A DNA stretch of 64,000 nt from a virus. The notes under the pieces were generated by a model. It ran no database searches. It saw nothing but the letters and a program-made list of their open reading frames with translations, and was not told the DNA's origin. The stretch's first letter is position 1; every line of letters starts with the position of its first letter. The translations under genes and the position numbers were made by a program. The stretch covers positions 9,115-73,114 of the IMG/VR virus record IMGVR_UViG_3300006874_000013; one strand, given 5' to 3'. Positions 10,001 through 20,800 of the stretch are shown one piece after another.

Positions 10001-11747
10001 GCTTGTCTGAATCTAAATAAAGTTGTTGTGGGCGATTTAATTCTCTTGCAAATGCAGTAGGGGATTCATCCCATGGTACTGCAACTGGTGGATAAGGCGC
10101 CGCACCAATTTTAGGTCCAGCCCACACTGTGGCCTTAACTGTTATTAGGTTTCTTATATCCCTATAGACGGTGCCATCTCCGGTGGCCCAAATTCCATAT
10201 TCACCGTTGCATCGATTATCTTTTTCTGTGGTAAATGTTAATCTAGCATAACCTTGTTCATTTACTTCCGAACCCATATTATTGGAAACGCCAAAAAGGG
10301 TATCTAAGCCTGATCTATTTGGCGATGGTGCATCAAATACCACATAATATACATTACCAAAATCAAAACTGTCGTTAGGATCATCGTATAATTCTCGAGC
10401 GGTAAATTTTCCATCCTTCATGTAGTTTTCTAATTTGGCTTCTAATATGATTGTGTCACCCTCTGTGTGATGCATGATTTCTTGGCCTGAAACATTTAAG
10501 ATTTTGATGTGGCTAATCCATGGTCCTGTGAGTTCACATGCTGGTATTTCTTGTGTGTAAATTGTCAATCCAACATTGCCGCCAAAATATTTTACCTCAG
10601 AATCATTTATTACCTCACCAGTTATTTTATGCGTAAATTTGAGGTATGTCTCACATTTGATTCTCATGTATCCTGTGTTATCATTTACATAAGTATTTGC
10701 CCATTCATACCAATGCTCTAGAGTACCAAAATAAACACCACTGCCAGTCCATGGTTCATGCCCACCTTCTGCAACACGAGTTTCAAGTTCTACGTATCCG
10801 TTTTGACCAACAGTTGGCTCCAGAATTGAAATACTTGCATCTACCGGATAGTCCAAGCCACCTGGATCACCTCTGAATCTTTGCCATGTTCCATCTAGGT
10901 ATTGAACTTCGATAGTCATCCCTAAATTTTCTGAATTCCATGCTGTGCTCGGCGATATAAATGTGCGTAAGTTTCTCAATGATGCCATAAAGGTGCCGCC
11001 ACCTTTGTATTCGCCCTCTGCTACACAATAGTTAATGTGCATGGGCTCCGACACAGCAAAGTCACCTATGATGCTGACATTAGGTGTTTCCGCTGTACTT
11101 TTATAATTTAGTGTAGAAACCCTAGATGGTTCGTTTGTTTGGGCTACAACAATATATTTGTCGGGCTGGTTCTCATGATCAAAATTGTAGGTTCCTTTAA
11201 CCCTACCAATTGTCATCATTCTGAAACGATAATTGTGCAGACCACTCTGACCGTTATTAATTTCTAGTGTGACTTGTCCTTGGGCCGCGTTTGAAAAATC
11301 AATACTAAACTGACCACTGGCAGTACTAATTGGGGCAAAACCTCCTCCTGGTGGTGCCATCTCCCATATATAACCTGGTTCTTCGTTGAGATGTTGCGGA
11401 CATGATCCTGGCTGAGACTTGAATGTGGTTCTGGCTTGTGCTGTGATTTTTTGTGTTGCAGTGCCACCCTCATAGGCATCAAACGTAGTTGGAGGTTGCT
11501 GAAGATATTCTATTTCTGGTGCATTGAATACACAAGTTGGCAAGCAAGAGTTTTTATCGAAATCACTGAAACAAATTTTACCTGTAGGTAAAACTACATC
11601 ATCTGCTACTTCGGAATCAAAATATCTTAGGCCTCTGTAATCACCTATGCAGTTTGGATCATTTGATGTTGGAAAACAACTAGACAGTTTTGTTTTAATT
11701 TCTGAGATGCAAATGCCATTTAATTTATCAATTGCTCCACCACTCAT
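7014..11747 (-). CDS. 1577-aa putative fibre-tip adhesin with 11 C-terminal two-Cys repeats
   Basis: Coupled (TAATG) to the S74 fibre gene; beta-rich middle; repeats P-x-x-G-T...C...Y-H-D-G-x-G-G...N-S-x-x-C-G-Y. Confidence 0.7.
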   Translation of the reverse strand: MSGGAIDKLNGICISEIKTKLSSCFPTSNDPNCIGDYRGLRYFDSEVADDVVLPTGKICFSDFDKNSCLPTCVFNAPEIEYLQQPPTTFDAYEGGTATQKITAQARTTFKSQPGSCPQHLNEEPGYIWEMAPPGGGFAPISTASGQFSIDFSNAAQGQVTLEINNGQSGLHNYRFRMMTIGRVKGTYNFDHENQPDKYIVVAQTNEPSRVSTLNYKSTAETPNVSIIGDFAVSEPMHINYCVAEGEYKGGGTFMASLRNLRTFISPSTAWNSENLGMTIEVQYLDGTWQRFRGDPGGLDYPVDASISILEPTVGQNGYVELETRVAEGGHEPWTGSGVYFGTLEHWYEWANTYVNDNTGYMRIKCETYLKFTHKITGEVINDSEVKYFGGNVGLTIYTQEIPACELTGPWISHIKILNVSGQEIMHHTEGDTIILEAKLENYMKDGKFTARELYDDPNDSFDFGNVYYVVFDAPSPNRSGLDTLFGVSNNMGSEVNEQGYARLTFTTEKDNRCNGEYGIWATGDGTVYRDIRNLITVKATVWAGPKIGAAPYPPVAVPWDESPTAFARELNRPQQLYLDSDKQKSGSPAPYEGHSVVDEGETVNYTVWGRNVKGYDVGEYEGFNQVPSPFLSYSISDLNDTDDLATGNRTGTYSLTYDNNYPRNGKDGRYVGNFSVVTREDPDHYETKRGRLKIFDASGLGVNLSPIGSVPLEILNTDSQYTTPTFNDVGVHQQYCTPATMPVDELFMTAFFDGGGTFTARAGPFNDGVTYTRNWHSGVPDEFSDRLTFFLTPQETLALNQTLIGHAYVNDEAQIDPIMDVFFMVQGRVSVNSGMFSLSLSTDTPGVKVGPEMGFHISGHSTYSVLDNETGETFNAVGTISVSLGADNFINRPCPNDPGTDDPTAGTFLRWECRDTTGNPNTLGYELYKITADGSGGEIATFIRSNDVQTCLYDPDPGGDPETDFTACEAYWTALMEYFETYGYLNSNAPPAPLNTDFGCSDEDLLKYLEEEFGDVTPEPYGTFHSAICGTGTDQYTRYVTYHNGQGGFYTETQFNSPLCGYTQYPIYGTFLRYECGNTENTQYNRYKVVANGTGGEIRTLDTVNSTECGFIPEENPAAGTVIFSYCGGGTIDVLGSPVTMPGVQYTLYEVLADGQGGASETRETPNSELCGYTAPVDDEHPAAGTPAGAAYCGTGSNRFNRYQDYHDGQGGTETRLIEANSKICGYEEPIIDTPNPGDPIGEPFCASVLGVYNTYGEFDLLQTFATSTNIPEIRVIETNSTQCGYVVPDPGPDHPPEGTPAGDPFCGERRAQYNLYQRQHDGNGNIITVLLEENSTQCGYEAPPTYPDAGTPSGNQYCGIGSDEYTLYQDYHDGAGGTTTQVVERNSTTCGYVEPEPEPNHPDNGTPLGAPFCANLLGEYNEYGEYALVQTYNDGQGGYYFETVEANSEECGYVPAPDYPDRGTPAGQPFCGTGTTRYNRYQNYHDGQGGTYRELIEENSEACGYEEPPQHPAAGTPAGTAYCGTGSARYIQYQDYHDGQGGTYQQVIEFNSEFCGYTDPIDDTFNTDTPSFGIDR
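7075..9045 (-). repeat. Coding tandem repeat array, 11 units with cores of about 45-57 aa
   Basis: Counted in the translation. Units 5 and 11 share near-identical DNA (7180-7211 vs 8173-8204). Confidence 0.9.
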
Positions 11748-14116
11748 TACTTCCCTAGTTCCTTCTTAAGAACTTCAATCTCACTGCTAAGTGATTTAAC
11801 GGCTTCTATGAGTAGGGGAACAAGTTTGTGATATGCTACAGATTTAACACCAGTATCTTCGTCTGTTTTAACTACTTCAGGTAAAATCTCTTCAACTTCT
11901 TGTGCAATTACTCCTACGTCGTGCCCACTTTTGCCAGATTGTTCGTTCCAATCAAAGGTAACTCCCCTTAATGATTTTACTGTATCTACTGGATTTACAA
12001 TTAATTCTATGTTGTCTTTGAATCGTCTATCACTGGTAACTGATGTATCAAATGCACATATATCACCAGACACATTTAAGTCACCAAGGACTTCGCCAGT
12101 AAAATTCAATTGCTGTGCTGAATATGAAAGACCTGTGCTGAATGTTATACTGCCAAATATCTCATCTGCTGTTGTGGCCGCTCCGGCTACATTAAATGAT
12201 GGATATGTGCCTGTTACACTGCATTTTCCACTACCTGTGATTGCTACGATTTGATCAGGTGCACTGTTAGTAATTACACCACTGCCATCTATGCTAATAC
12301 CTGCGCCGGCGCTAAACAATCCTCTGATGTCAGCATTTGCAACTTCTATGTTATTTGCATTCACAGTTATACCATATCCGCCGCCAACTTCAAGTTCAGT
12401 TGTTGTCAATGATAATCCGTCATTTATTGCAGGACTGTACACTGCTGAAGATGGTCTTAAACCTGCTCCCGGAAGAACTGAGTCTAGCCATACAGTTTTA
12501 GAAAACTCATATATGCCATTTGCTGAATTGTATGTAAGTCCAGCACCATCGCTAAAGTGTGCTCTTACTTCTGAAGCACTTGGTCCAGTATATGTAAATA
12601 TACCTGTAGAATTATCATAACTCAACGAACCGTCACCACCATTATCATCCACACTTAATGCTAATCTAGAACGTGCATCTGTATAATATAAATTTGTACT
12701 GCCTTCGTTTAAGTCGTCTGTGGTAAACTCATCTATGTCTACAATTATTTCATCTGGTGCTACTGTGATACCTGTGCCTGCACCAATATCAAGTGTAACA
12801 GTGATTTCTTCGATGCCGTCTACAGTGGTTGTTGTTTCTGTTGACACAGTACCACCGCTGGCTACAAAATTTGTTAAACTACTTGCAGGTCTACGGAAAA
12901 ACAATTGACCTGATCCGTTTGTGAATAACTGATGACCTGATGAACCATCTGATGTAGGAAATGCGTAACCGTCACCACCATGTGTGCCTACTGTTAGAAC
13001 ATTAGCAACATTTACATTACTAAAATATGCATTTCCGATTGGGTTTGCTTCACTGCCAAAGTCGCCACCATCTGTACTGATGTTGCCTTTAATAGTGATG
13101 TCGTCCACATATATAATGCTTATTGGATTTGCGTCTTCACCTATGTTAACATCATCGGCGCCGCCTGTGGTAATGCTATTACCTACTATGAAATCTTGTG
13201 CAAAAACTTCATCAAATTGGCTTGCCGCATCACCTAAATCGTAAGTGGCGTTTGCACTTGGTAGGCTATGTTGTGAATTATAAAATACTTGACTTGCAGA
13301 TATATTAGCACCGTCACTGCCATAACTTCCTAAGTTTAATGCATATGATGTATTTGCTCTATCTGCTACATTTGCTACTTCTACTCTAGTCTTGTTATCT
13401 GCTCTTAAGTTTAACCCTTTTCGAATAGTTGTACCAATACCACCAGTTTCGTTTAACTGATCGTACCAATTAATAGTTTCATCATTTGAAAAACTGTTTA
13501 CATCGTCTGCTGTGAATTCTGCATGATCGTTAAACAGTGCAATAATTGTTTCACCACCAGGTTTTGTTGCTGAAGATGTACTGCTGTTTTCGTATATGAC
13601 TGCCATTACTGCACGTTGCACACCTGCATCGTCAGTTAAAAATATTGTTCTTAATTTTGTACCATATTGTACAGGACTACCTAATGCGGCAATACCACTA
13701 TATCCAGAATTGACTTCACCTGGTACTACTGCTAATTTATAAGAACCATTGTGAGCAATGTTTAATTGTTGTGTTGTGGTATCATAAAAAAATGTACCGT
13801 CACCATTTTGTCCTTGAAAACCCACAGGATTAGTTGCACTTACTATAGGTCTTGTTGGTAGCCATGCGCCACCTGCTGAATCAAAAACTCTCAGTGTTTT
13901 GTATGTTTTATCATACCATAGTTGTCCGTCTACTGAATTAGCGGGTGGTGTTGCATCAGTTGCAAAATTATCAAGTAAGTCTACAAAAGTTTTTGCAAAT
14001 ATTTCACCGTAGTTTTCATAATTACGTCCAACTAAATCAATGGAAAAATCTTGATTCAGTTGATTGTCCGCTATTGTGATCGGATCGCCGGCTCTGTTGT
14101 CAAATACGTATGGCAT
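11747..14116 (-). CDS. Tail fibre with C-terminal peptidase S74 intramolecular chaperone
   Basis: TSDRRFKDNIELI...LRGVTFDW...GVIAQEVEEILPEVV...VAYHKLVPLLIEAVK followed by a coiled coil. Confidence 0.88.
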   Translation of the reverse strand: MPYVFDNRAGDPITIADNQLNQDFSIDLVGRNYENYGEIFAKTFVDLLDNFATDATPPANSVDGQLWYDKTYKTLRVFDSAGGAWLPTRPIVSATNPVGFQGQNGDGTFFYDTTTQQLNIAHNGSYKLAVVPGEVNSGYSGIAALGSPVQYGTKLRTIFLTDDAGVQRAVMAVIYENSSTSSATKPGGETIIALFNDHAEFTADDVNSFSNDETINWYDQLNETGGIGTTIRKGLNLRADNKTRVEVANVADRANTSYALNLGSYGSDGANISASQVFYNSQHSLPSANATYDLGDAASQFDEVFAQDFIVGNSITTGGADDVNIGEDANPISIIYVDDITIKGNISTDGGDFGSEANPIGNAYFSNVNVANVLTVGTHGGDGYAFPTSDGSSGHQLFTNGSGQLFFRRPASSLTNFVASGGTVSTETTTTVDGIEEITVTLDIGAGTGITVAPDEIIVDIDEFTTDDLNEGSTNLYYTDARSRLALSVDDNGGDGSLSYDNSTGIFTYTGPSASEVRAHFSDGAGLTYNSANGIYEFSKTVWLDSVLPGAGLRPSSAVYSPAINDGLSLTTTELEVGGGYGITVNANNIEVANADIRGLFSAGAGISIDGSGVITNSAPDQIVAITGSGKCSVTGTYPSFNVAGAATTADEIFGSITFSTGLSYSAQQLNFTGEVLGDLNVSGDICAFDTSVTSDRRFKDNIELIVNPVDTVKSLRGVTFDWNEQSGKSGHDVGVIAQEVEEILPEVVKTDEDTGVKSVAYHKLVPLLIEAVKSLSSEIEVLKKELGK

Positions 14117-14127
14117 TCACTTTCCTC

Positions 14128-14817
14128 TTAACTTAATTGCACCCTTACTGTGTATATGATTTCTATAATTCTGTTTGAGCTTTTTTGCACTGGGTGAAAA
14201 ATTACATGCGTAAGCATTGTGCTAGTGTCAATAGGATCTGAACCGTCTGTAGGTGTAGGATTTGTTGGGAACGTAAATAATGCTAGTTCATCAAATATAT
14301 AATCACCTTCATTGGTAGTACTGCTATCGAATATATCTTGATCTGCTGGTTCGTTGTAACCTAGTGTACAGATAATTTTCAAATCAGTATAACTTGTGCC
14401 GTTAATAATTTCTATTCTGTTATTGTCAGCATCAGTATTAGAATTATGTTTACTAATTTCTTTCTTATAAGTTCTACTGTAAAGATTAGCACCTGTTTCA
14501 TATGAATCGTTTACTCTGGGGGTTTTATATTGTACTTTGCCCGAAGTATCTATGCTGGTTGCACCATTACCAAATGCCATATAGTGTATAAATGAATTAT
14601 TACGATCATCGCTTGATTCTTTATATCCTTTTAGAGCCTGTGCAACAATGTATGCCATATTACCGTAGTGAATAGCATTTCTTTTATTAACAATCTCTTC
14701 GCCAGTATCTTTGTCGCGAATCAAAATATGACCACTAACATTCAATCCCATATTTTCGTTAGGTTGCTCTGCATTGTTCATTTCTTTTTGATCCTCTGTA
14801 TTCTTTTCTTCGCTCAT
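14128..14817 (-). CDS. Baseplate/virion structural protein
   Basis: GHILIRD...KRNAIHYGN...MAFGNG...FDELALF...THVIFHPVQKS. Start reassigned to ATG 14817 because GATAAATA lies at 14823-14830. Confidence 0.7.
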   Translation of the reverse strand: MSEEKNTEDQKEMNNAEQPNENMGLNVSGHILIRDKDTGEEIVNKRNAIHYGNMAYIVAQALKGYKESSDDRNNSFIHYMAFGNGATSIDTSGKVQYKTPRVNDSYETGANLYSRTYKKEISKHNSNTDADNNRIEIINGTSYTDLKIICTLGYNEPADQDIFDSSTTNEGDYIFDELALFTFPTNPTPTDGSDPIDTSTMLTHVIFHPVQKSSNRIIEIIYTVRVQLS

Positions 14818-14822
14818 GCTGT

Positions 14823-14830
14823 TATTTATC
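14823..14830 (-). promoter_or_regulatory. Late promoter GATAAATA (5 nt before ATG)
   Basis: GATAAATA-ACAGC-ATG. Confidence 0.65.
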
Positions 14831-14854
14831 ACTTTTATTAAGTACTGTTATAAA

Positions 14855-17800
14855 TTATAAGTTATGTAAAAACTTCATAATGCTGTACTGGTTGTTAAAG
14901 TCTACATTTGCTCTATCTGCTAAACTTAATGAAATATTACTTAATACTTCTGCGGCATCCCATTTCTCATCTGCAGATTGATCACCATAATCAAATGACT
15001 TAAAGTCTATTGTAGCATTTGCAACAAATAAATTAGTGTCCAGTGTATCAGTATAACTTGCTACTATTTCTATGTCGTTGCCATTTATTGCTGTAATACT
15101 AACAACCTCATAAATGTTTGCATTGCTTTGATGTGTTAATCTCACTGCTTCACCTACAACTAAAGTCATGCTAGATTGTAGTGTAACATTTGCAACTGTA
15201 CTGTTAGCACTATTAACCACTGCATCTACTGTTGTTGTAGTAATATTACCAGATTCTATTGCGTCCCAAGCATCGTATATGTCATCGCCTGTGCCTAATT
15301 GTCCATCAAGCCCTGCTTCTATTTCGTCCCATTTTGCTCTAATATCGTCATATATAATTCCTAGATCAAGCCAAACGTTTGACTCAGGATTTAGATTATT
15401 GAAATGATCTAACACTTGAGCACTATATACTGGTGTATTAGTAACATGTTTTTCTATGCTGGTTCCAAACACACCGCGAGTTAACATGCTTAATGTATTT
15501 CCAGACTTTCTACCATAGTGTATTCTTTCACTGCCTAACCAAATCATTCCAGGAGTAGTAGACGTTGGTTCTGGTAAAAATGAACCATTATTTACTTTAA
15601 TTTGTCTACTATTAATCTGAACATTTGCTGTTATATATGTTGTAGTCTTAGGCCTTATTCTCACATAGTCTGTGCCGCCAAACAAGTTGTTATGTACTCT
15701 ATATGTAACTTCTTTGGCACTAGGTGTAACCTTTGCATGTTGTACATTACCGTTGGCATGGGCTGATGTTGTGACTGTTATGATTAAACTTTCTAAAGGA
15801 TCAAGCAGTGCTAGTTCTTCTGGACGTTCTTCACCATATCCAACACGTTGGAATGTGATGCCGTCAAAGCCTTCTTTGATGTTACCGTCTCTTCTTATTG
15901 TAGCATTGCCACTGAATACGCCTTCATATTCTTTTAATTCTACTATTCTATCCCAAGTCAAATCACCTATTCCAACTGTTGTTGTACCATAATCATTATC
16001 TACAATAACACTGGTATCCTTGTCAGTGTTATCATCGTATGGCAATGAGGAATAACCAAATTCCGTAATTTTTTCAGTGGTATAATAAATGTCATCTGGT
16101 ATAGTTGTAAAGTTATATCCGTCTAGTTCTTCACCTCTAAAGTTGCCGCCAACTTTTTCTTTGATCAATGCAAACGTGCCTTTAAGTCTATTGTCCTCAA
16201 CCATATTTGTCATCAAAGTTGCATTACCAATTATGTTACTGTTAGAAGATGCATTTGATGTATTAAAGTATGCATTTACTTCAGATGCAAACATGGATTT
16301 AACTTCTTGATCGTATTTGAATATTCTATCTGTTGCACGTATAGTAGCATTTGCAGAAACAAGTGTGCTTGTTCTATCACTGATACTTGCGTTGCTTAAC
16401 AAGTTTAGATTAGCAATATTTTCGCCGATACTTTGTGCTAGTGTAACATTTGATTTATCCCAATCTGCTGTTGTCAGTCTCCAGTTTGTTCTATCAAATA
16501 CTAATGTAGATTTAACTTTTCTTATAGGATTGGTTGACATATCCTGTAGTCTTTGTTTATAATAGTCTACATATCGTTTGTGTTGTCTCATTATTTCAGA
16601 GTCATCTCTGGAGAAGTCATCTAGTATTCTCACAGAGTTTGTACTTGCATCGACATATGGAGGTTTGTCAAAATCTGTTAAAGCATTTTGGCCTATGTAA
16701 TCAATAGGAGTTTTCTTGCCGTCTTTGTATTCTCTGATTTTTGAGCTAAATGGTTTAACTTCATTCATGTAATCGAGAACTTTTTCAAAGTTATCAGGCT
16801 TGAATCCGCTAAATTTAATAAGGTCTGATTCTTCTTTTTCAATGTAGACATAACTGGTCTTAAATGCCCAACTAAGTTCGCCTTGCTCTAAGTATGCATA
16901 CTTCATTAATTCAAAGAAGATCTCATTTATAGAACCATTTGTTTTGAATACATTATTAATCAAAGCAGTTAGTACTTCTCTTAACTCCAATGCCAAACCA
17001 GTGTTTGGTTCATCACTGAATACTCTATCACTAAATTCTATTGTTTCATCTTTAATAGACACTAAATCAAATTTTGACAATGGTGCATTCCATAAAAACA
17101 ATTTAGTTTCTTTATTGTTTTTATATTGAACTTGTATAACTGTAGCATCTGGTAAATCAGTTAAGCGATCCATTTCTTCTATGCTGGCAACTTTATAAGT
17201 AGGTTTGTATGAATCATCATACCTAATTTTTTTATTAGTTAGTTCATCTACTCTAATAGTTTCGTAATAGTTTACTGTGCTAACATAATTGAGATTGGTA
17301 CTCAATCCTATGTTCCAGTTCTTATATTCCGTATTAAGTTTTGTATCTGCTAAAATTTCATTCAGTTTAGATACCAACAACCTTCTTGCTTGTTTAATAT
17401 CTGCAAACATTGTTTGTCTAGGTCTAACAGCAATACCATATTTTTCAATTTCACTGAGATTATCAGCAGGTACTTGATTTCCTAAAATATCTTGACCGCA
17501 TATACTGTCAATTAATTTTTCAATCAAAAAGTCAGGTATTTTGTTATCTGAATCATTTTCTCTCAGTAACTTCCAAGCAGTGTGGTTAATGCCTTCATTG
17601 TTTTTAGAATTGTTGATGTTTACTTGTAAATTTACTTCTTGATCTATATTGTTATCTACATTAGATAATACTAATGTGTCATTGGAAATGGCTGTTAATA
17701 ATTTTATTCCGTAGCCAATTGGATTTGCAATATATCTTGCAAGTGTACGTGTATCAATTTTTCTGCCAAGATCTCTTTTTGTACGATTGTCTACTTTGGT

Positions 17801-20800
17801 CCTATTCATTACCCAGTAATAATACATTTGCTTGTACTCACCATTGGTGTCTAATCTACGTTCAGTAACGTATTGATTAGTCCAACGTGGTACGCCGTCG
17901 CCTATCCAATTTTGTGGTAGTGATTTACTTTCTACCCATTCACATACTGTAATAGAACTTCCTGGGAAAGCTCTACCCCAATTCTTTGCTCTTTCTTCTA
18001 GTGGGCCTTGTTCGTACCAAGTGTATTTTACAGTACTGGTATCCCACCAAACTTTACCTACTTGATCTTTACCAAATGTTGTTCTAGCAGTGTTATAGTT
18101 TACTGGATCGGTGTCAGTAATATAATGTATTTCGTTGTCCATAAAGCCAGGTAACACACCTTTGAATGGATCCCAAAGATTGAGATCAAATTCTTTGTTG
18201 CCTGTTTCTGGGTCATAAATTATTGCATTTTGTATGTAGTCAACATCTACTAATTCTGTTTGCCATCTTATAGGATTACCGTATTCAAGATAAGCCCATC
18301 CACCTTCGATAAATCCAGGCATAGAGTCTATTGATATGTCAAACTCGGTAGTAATAAAATTGTCTACCCATGCTTTAGGTTCTCCAACATACGGATTTCT
18401 TTCTTCGTCTAGATTATCGTTTGCAGTTACTACGTTGTTATCGTTAAATCTCTTACTTTCAAATACCTGTATTGGTGTTACTTGATTTGCTGAGCCAGTT
18501 AAAAATACATTACCACCTTGCAATGTTTGCAAGTCGTATTCATAAACTTCCATCCAACTTTCTGCATCACCGTCACCAAATAAACTGTTGTTGTCGTTTA
18601 GTGGGTATCGTTGGAAATTAATAGGATTACCTGCTAAAGGATTATCTGCACTGGATACAGGTGGTCGTCCAACTGTGTCAACACAAAGCATAGTCATTAC
18701 CACAGCATCTTCTGCTACATTTCTATCAGGTCCCACTAATGCACGTATTTGTTCTGCTTCTAGGACACCTAATTGTCCTGAATCAATTAATTCTTGTACT
18801 TTTCTTTTGTATAAATCTGTTGCGGCATCTTGTGTTAATCCTCCAACATCGATAGTGCCCTCTATACAATACGATGCAACATTATAATCGCCTAATGGTA
18901 TTTCTATAGGCGGTTGTGGATCACCAGTAGGCGATGTAATTCTTATACCAGGATACGATGTTTTAATTATTAACGGAACAATGTCTCTGTTGTCGTCAAC
19001 TGTTGCTGTCAAATCTTCTGGATCATATCCAACACCACTGAATGCATCACGCATTCGACGTGCAATATCTGCTGGTGCATTTATTTCTTGTACAACATCA
19101 GGTAAATTTAATTGTTCTTTTATTGTGCCTTTTTCATTACAGTTTGCAACGTTTTGACTTGTGAGGAATACCCTAGCACCAGTACCACCAGGAACTTTTT
19201 TATCTCTAAGATATTGTCCAAAGTTGCTTTGTTCTACACCATTTGCATCAATGTAAGTGCTAGTTGGATCAAAATCAATTGCATATTCTTTTCTTAACAG
19301 TAAACCTAAATTATATGCTTCTTCGGCAAATCTTTCCCAATCTTTTGCTGTTGTTGGTGCCACTGGCCAATTACCAGTTAACATAGGTGCAATATCTACT
19401 AACACAAATGTACTAGGATCATACGCACCTGGACTACCGTTGTATTTTATCCATCTTAGTGGTTTATCATCACTTGCATTAGTATCAAAAGGATAACCTG
19501 TGTATATAAATTCTGGATACCTTGTCCAATCTGGATGTTTGTAATTTGTACCGTAATCACTTAGTGAACCAGACTTTTCAAATGGTACTTGTGCATATTC
19601 TGGGTGTACATCTACACCAGTCTTGCCGCCTGCTTCAACTATTTCTTGATCTATGTCAACACTAAAACCCTGAATAATATTATATGAATCTTCGATGTCA
19701 CTGTAAAATATATTATTTCTACTAGGGTCTCCCATACCTAGCACTTTAGCCTTACTACTAAAGAAGTTTTCTAAGAATGGTTCTGTATTTTGTAATTTTC
19801 CGCTAAAGCCAATAGGTTCATAATCGTATTCTAACGGAATACCATATGTTAAATCACTTGGGAAAATTTCATACAATCCTCTATCAATACATTTTAGAGA
19901 TGTTATACCTCCACTACCGTCGATACCTGTGACAATAAATTTTGCAACTCGCAGTGGACCTTCCATGCCTTTAGCATCCGCTGACATTTCAGCATTAGGA
20001 GACAATAAATCTGCTACGCCTGATCTTTCTGTACCTAGTGATGCAGGGTCTATGCCTATCAATGCTGATACCTGTGCAGGAACTTTCTGCATGTTAGGAT
20101 TAACTGTTTCTATCCACCAGTCGCCTGATTCGGAAAACTCTGCTGGTACATTATAATCTGTTATCCATGTACTTCTTGCTTCTATACTGATTTTTGTGTG
20201 CCTTGGGAATATAGCATTAACAGCCTCAGCACTTACAAAACTTTGGTGTTGTATTTCAAAGAACCATGGCGACCAACCAAATGCACCACTGTTATCATGA
20301 TTATTTCTAATCACAAGATCAACACCGTAATTGTCGTCATAAACAGTACCAGTTGCACCCGCGGCTGGCGCCGAAGTTGCAACAAACCTAGTTCCTATAG
20401 TATTGTTATCAGCACCATGATCTGTGTAAGTCACATTTCCAACTGTTCTAATACCGTATGTTCTGCCTGGTATCATCTCTGCGGCATTAATATATGGTGG
20501 TGAATCCAAAGGTTCTTCTTGCAATGTTTTTGGAACCCAAAATAATGTAAATCTTTTATGACCAAATGTTATGGTATCACCTGCTTTGTAATCAAGAGAC
20601 TGATCACCTGGATCACTGTAAGTAAATGTGGAGTCGTATGCTTGTTTACCCCAATGATTGTCATCTGTTGCTATCACAACTGTGTTGGTGTTTTCATCAA
20701 TACTGTTTACATATCCGTGCCATCTAGTTGTGTTAGCAAGATCAATGTTTCCACGATCTTCGTCGGCATCGTATGTGACGTTAACAACTAAGTCACCAAC

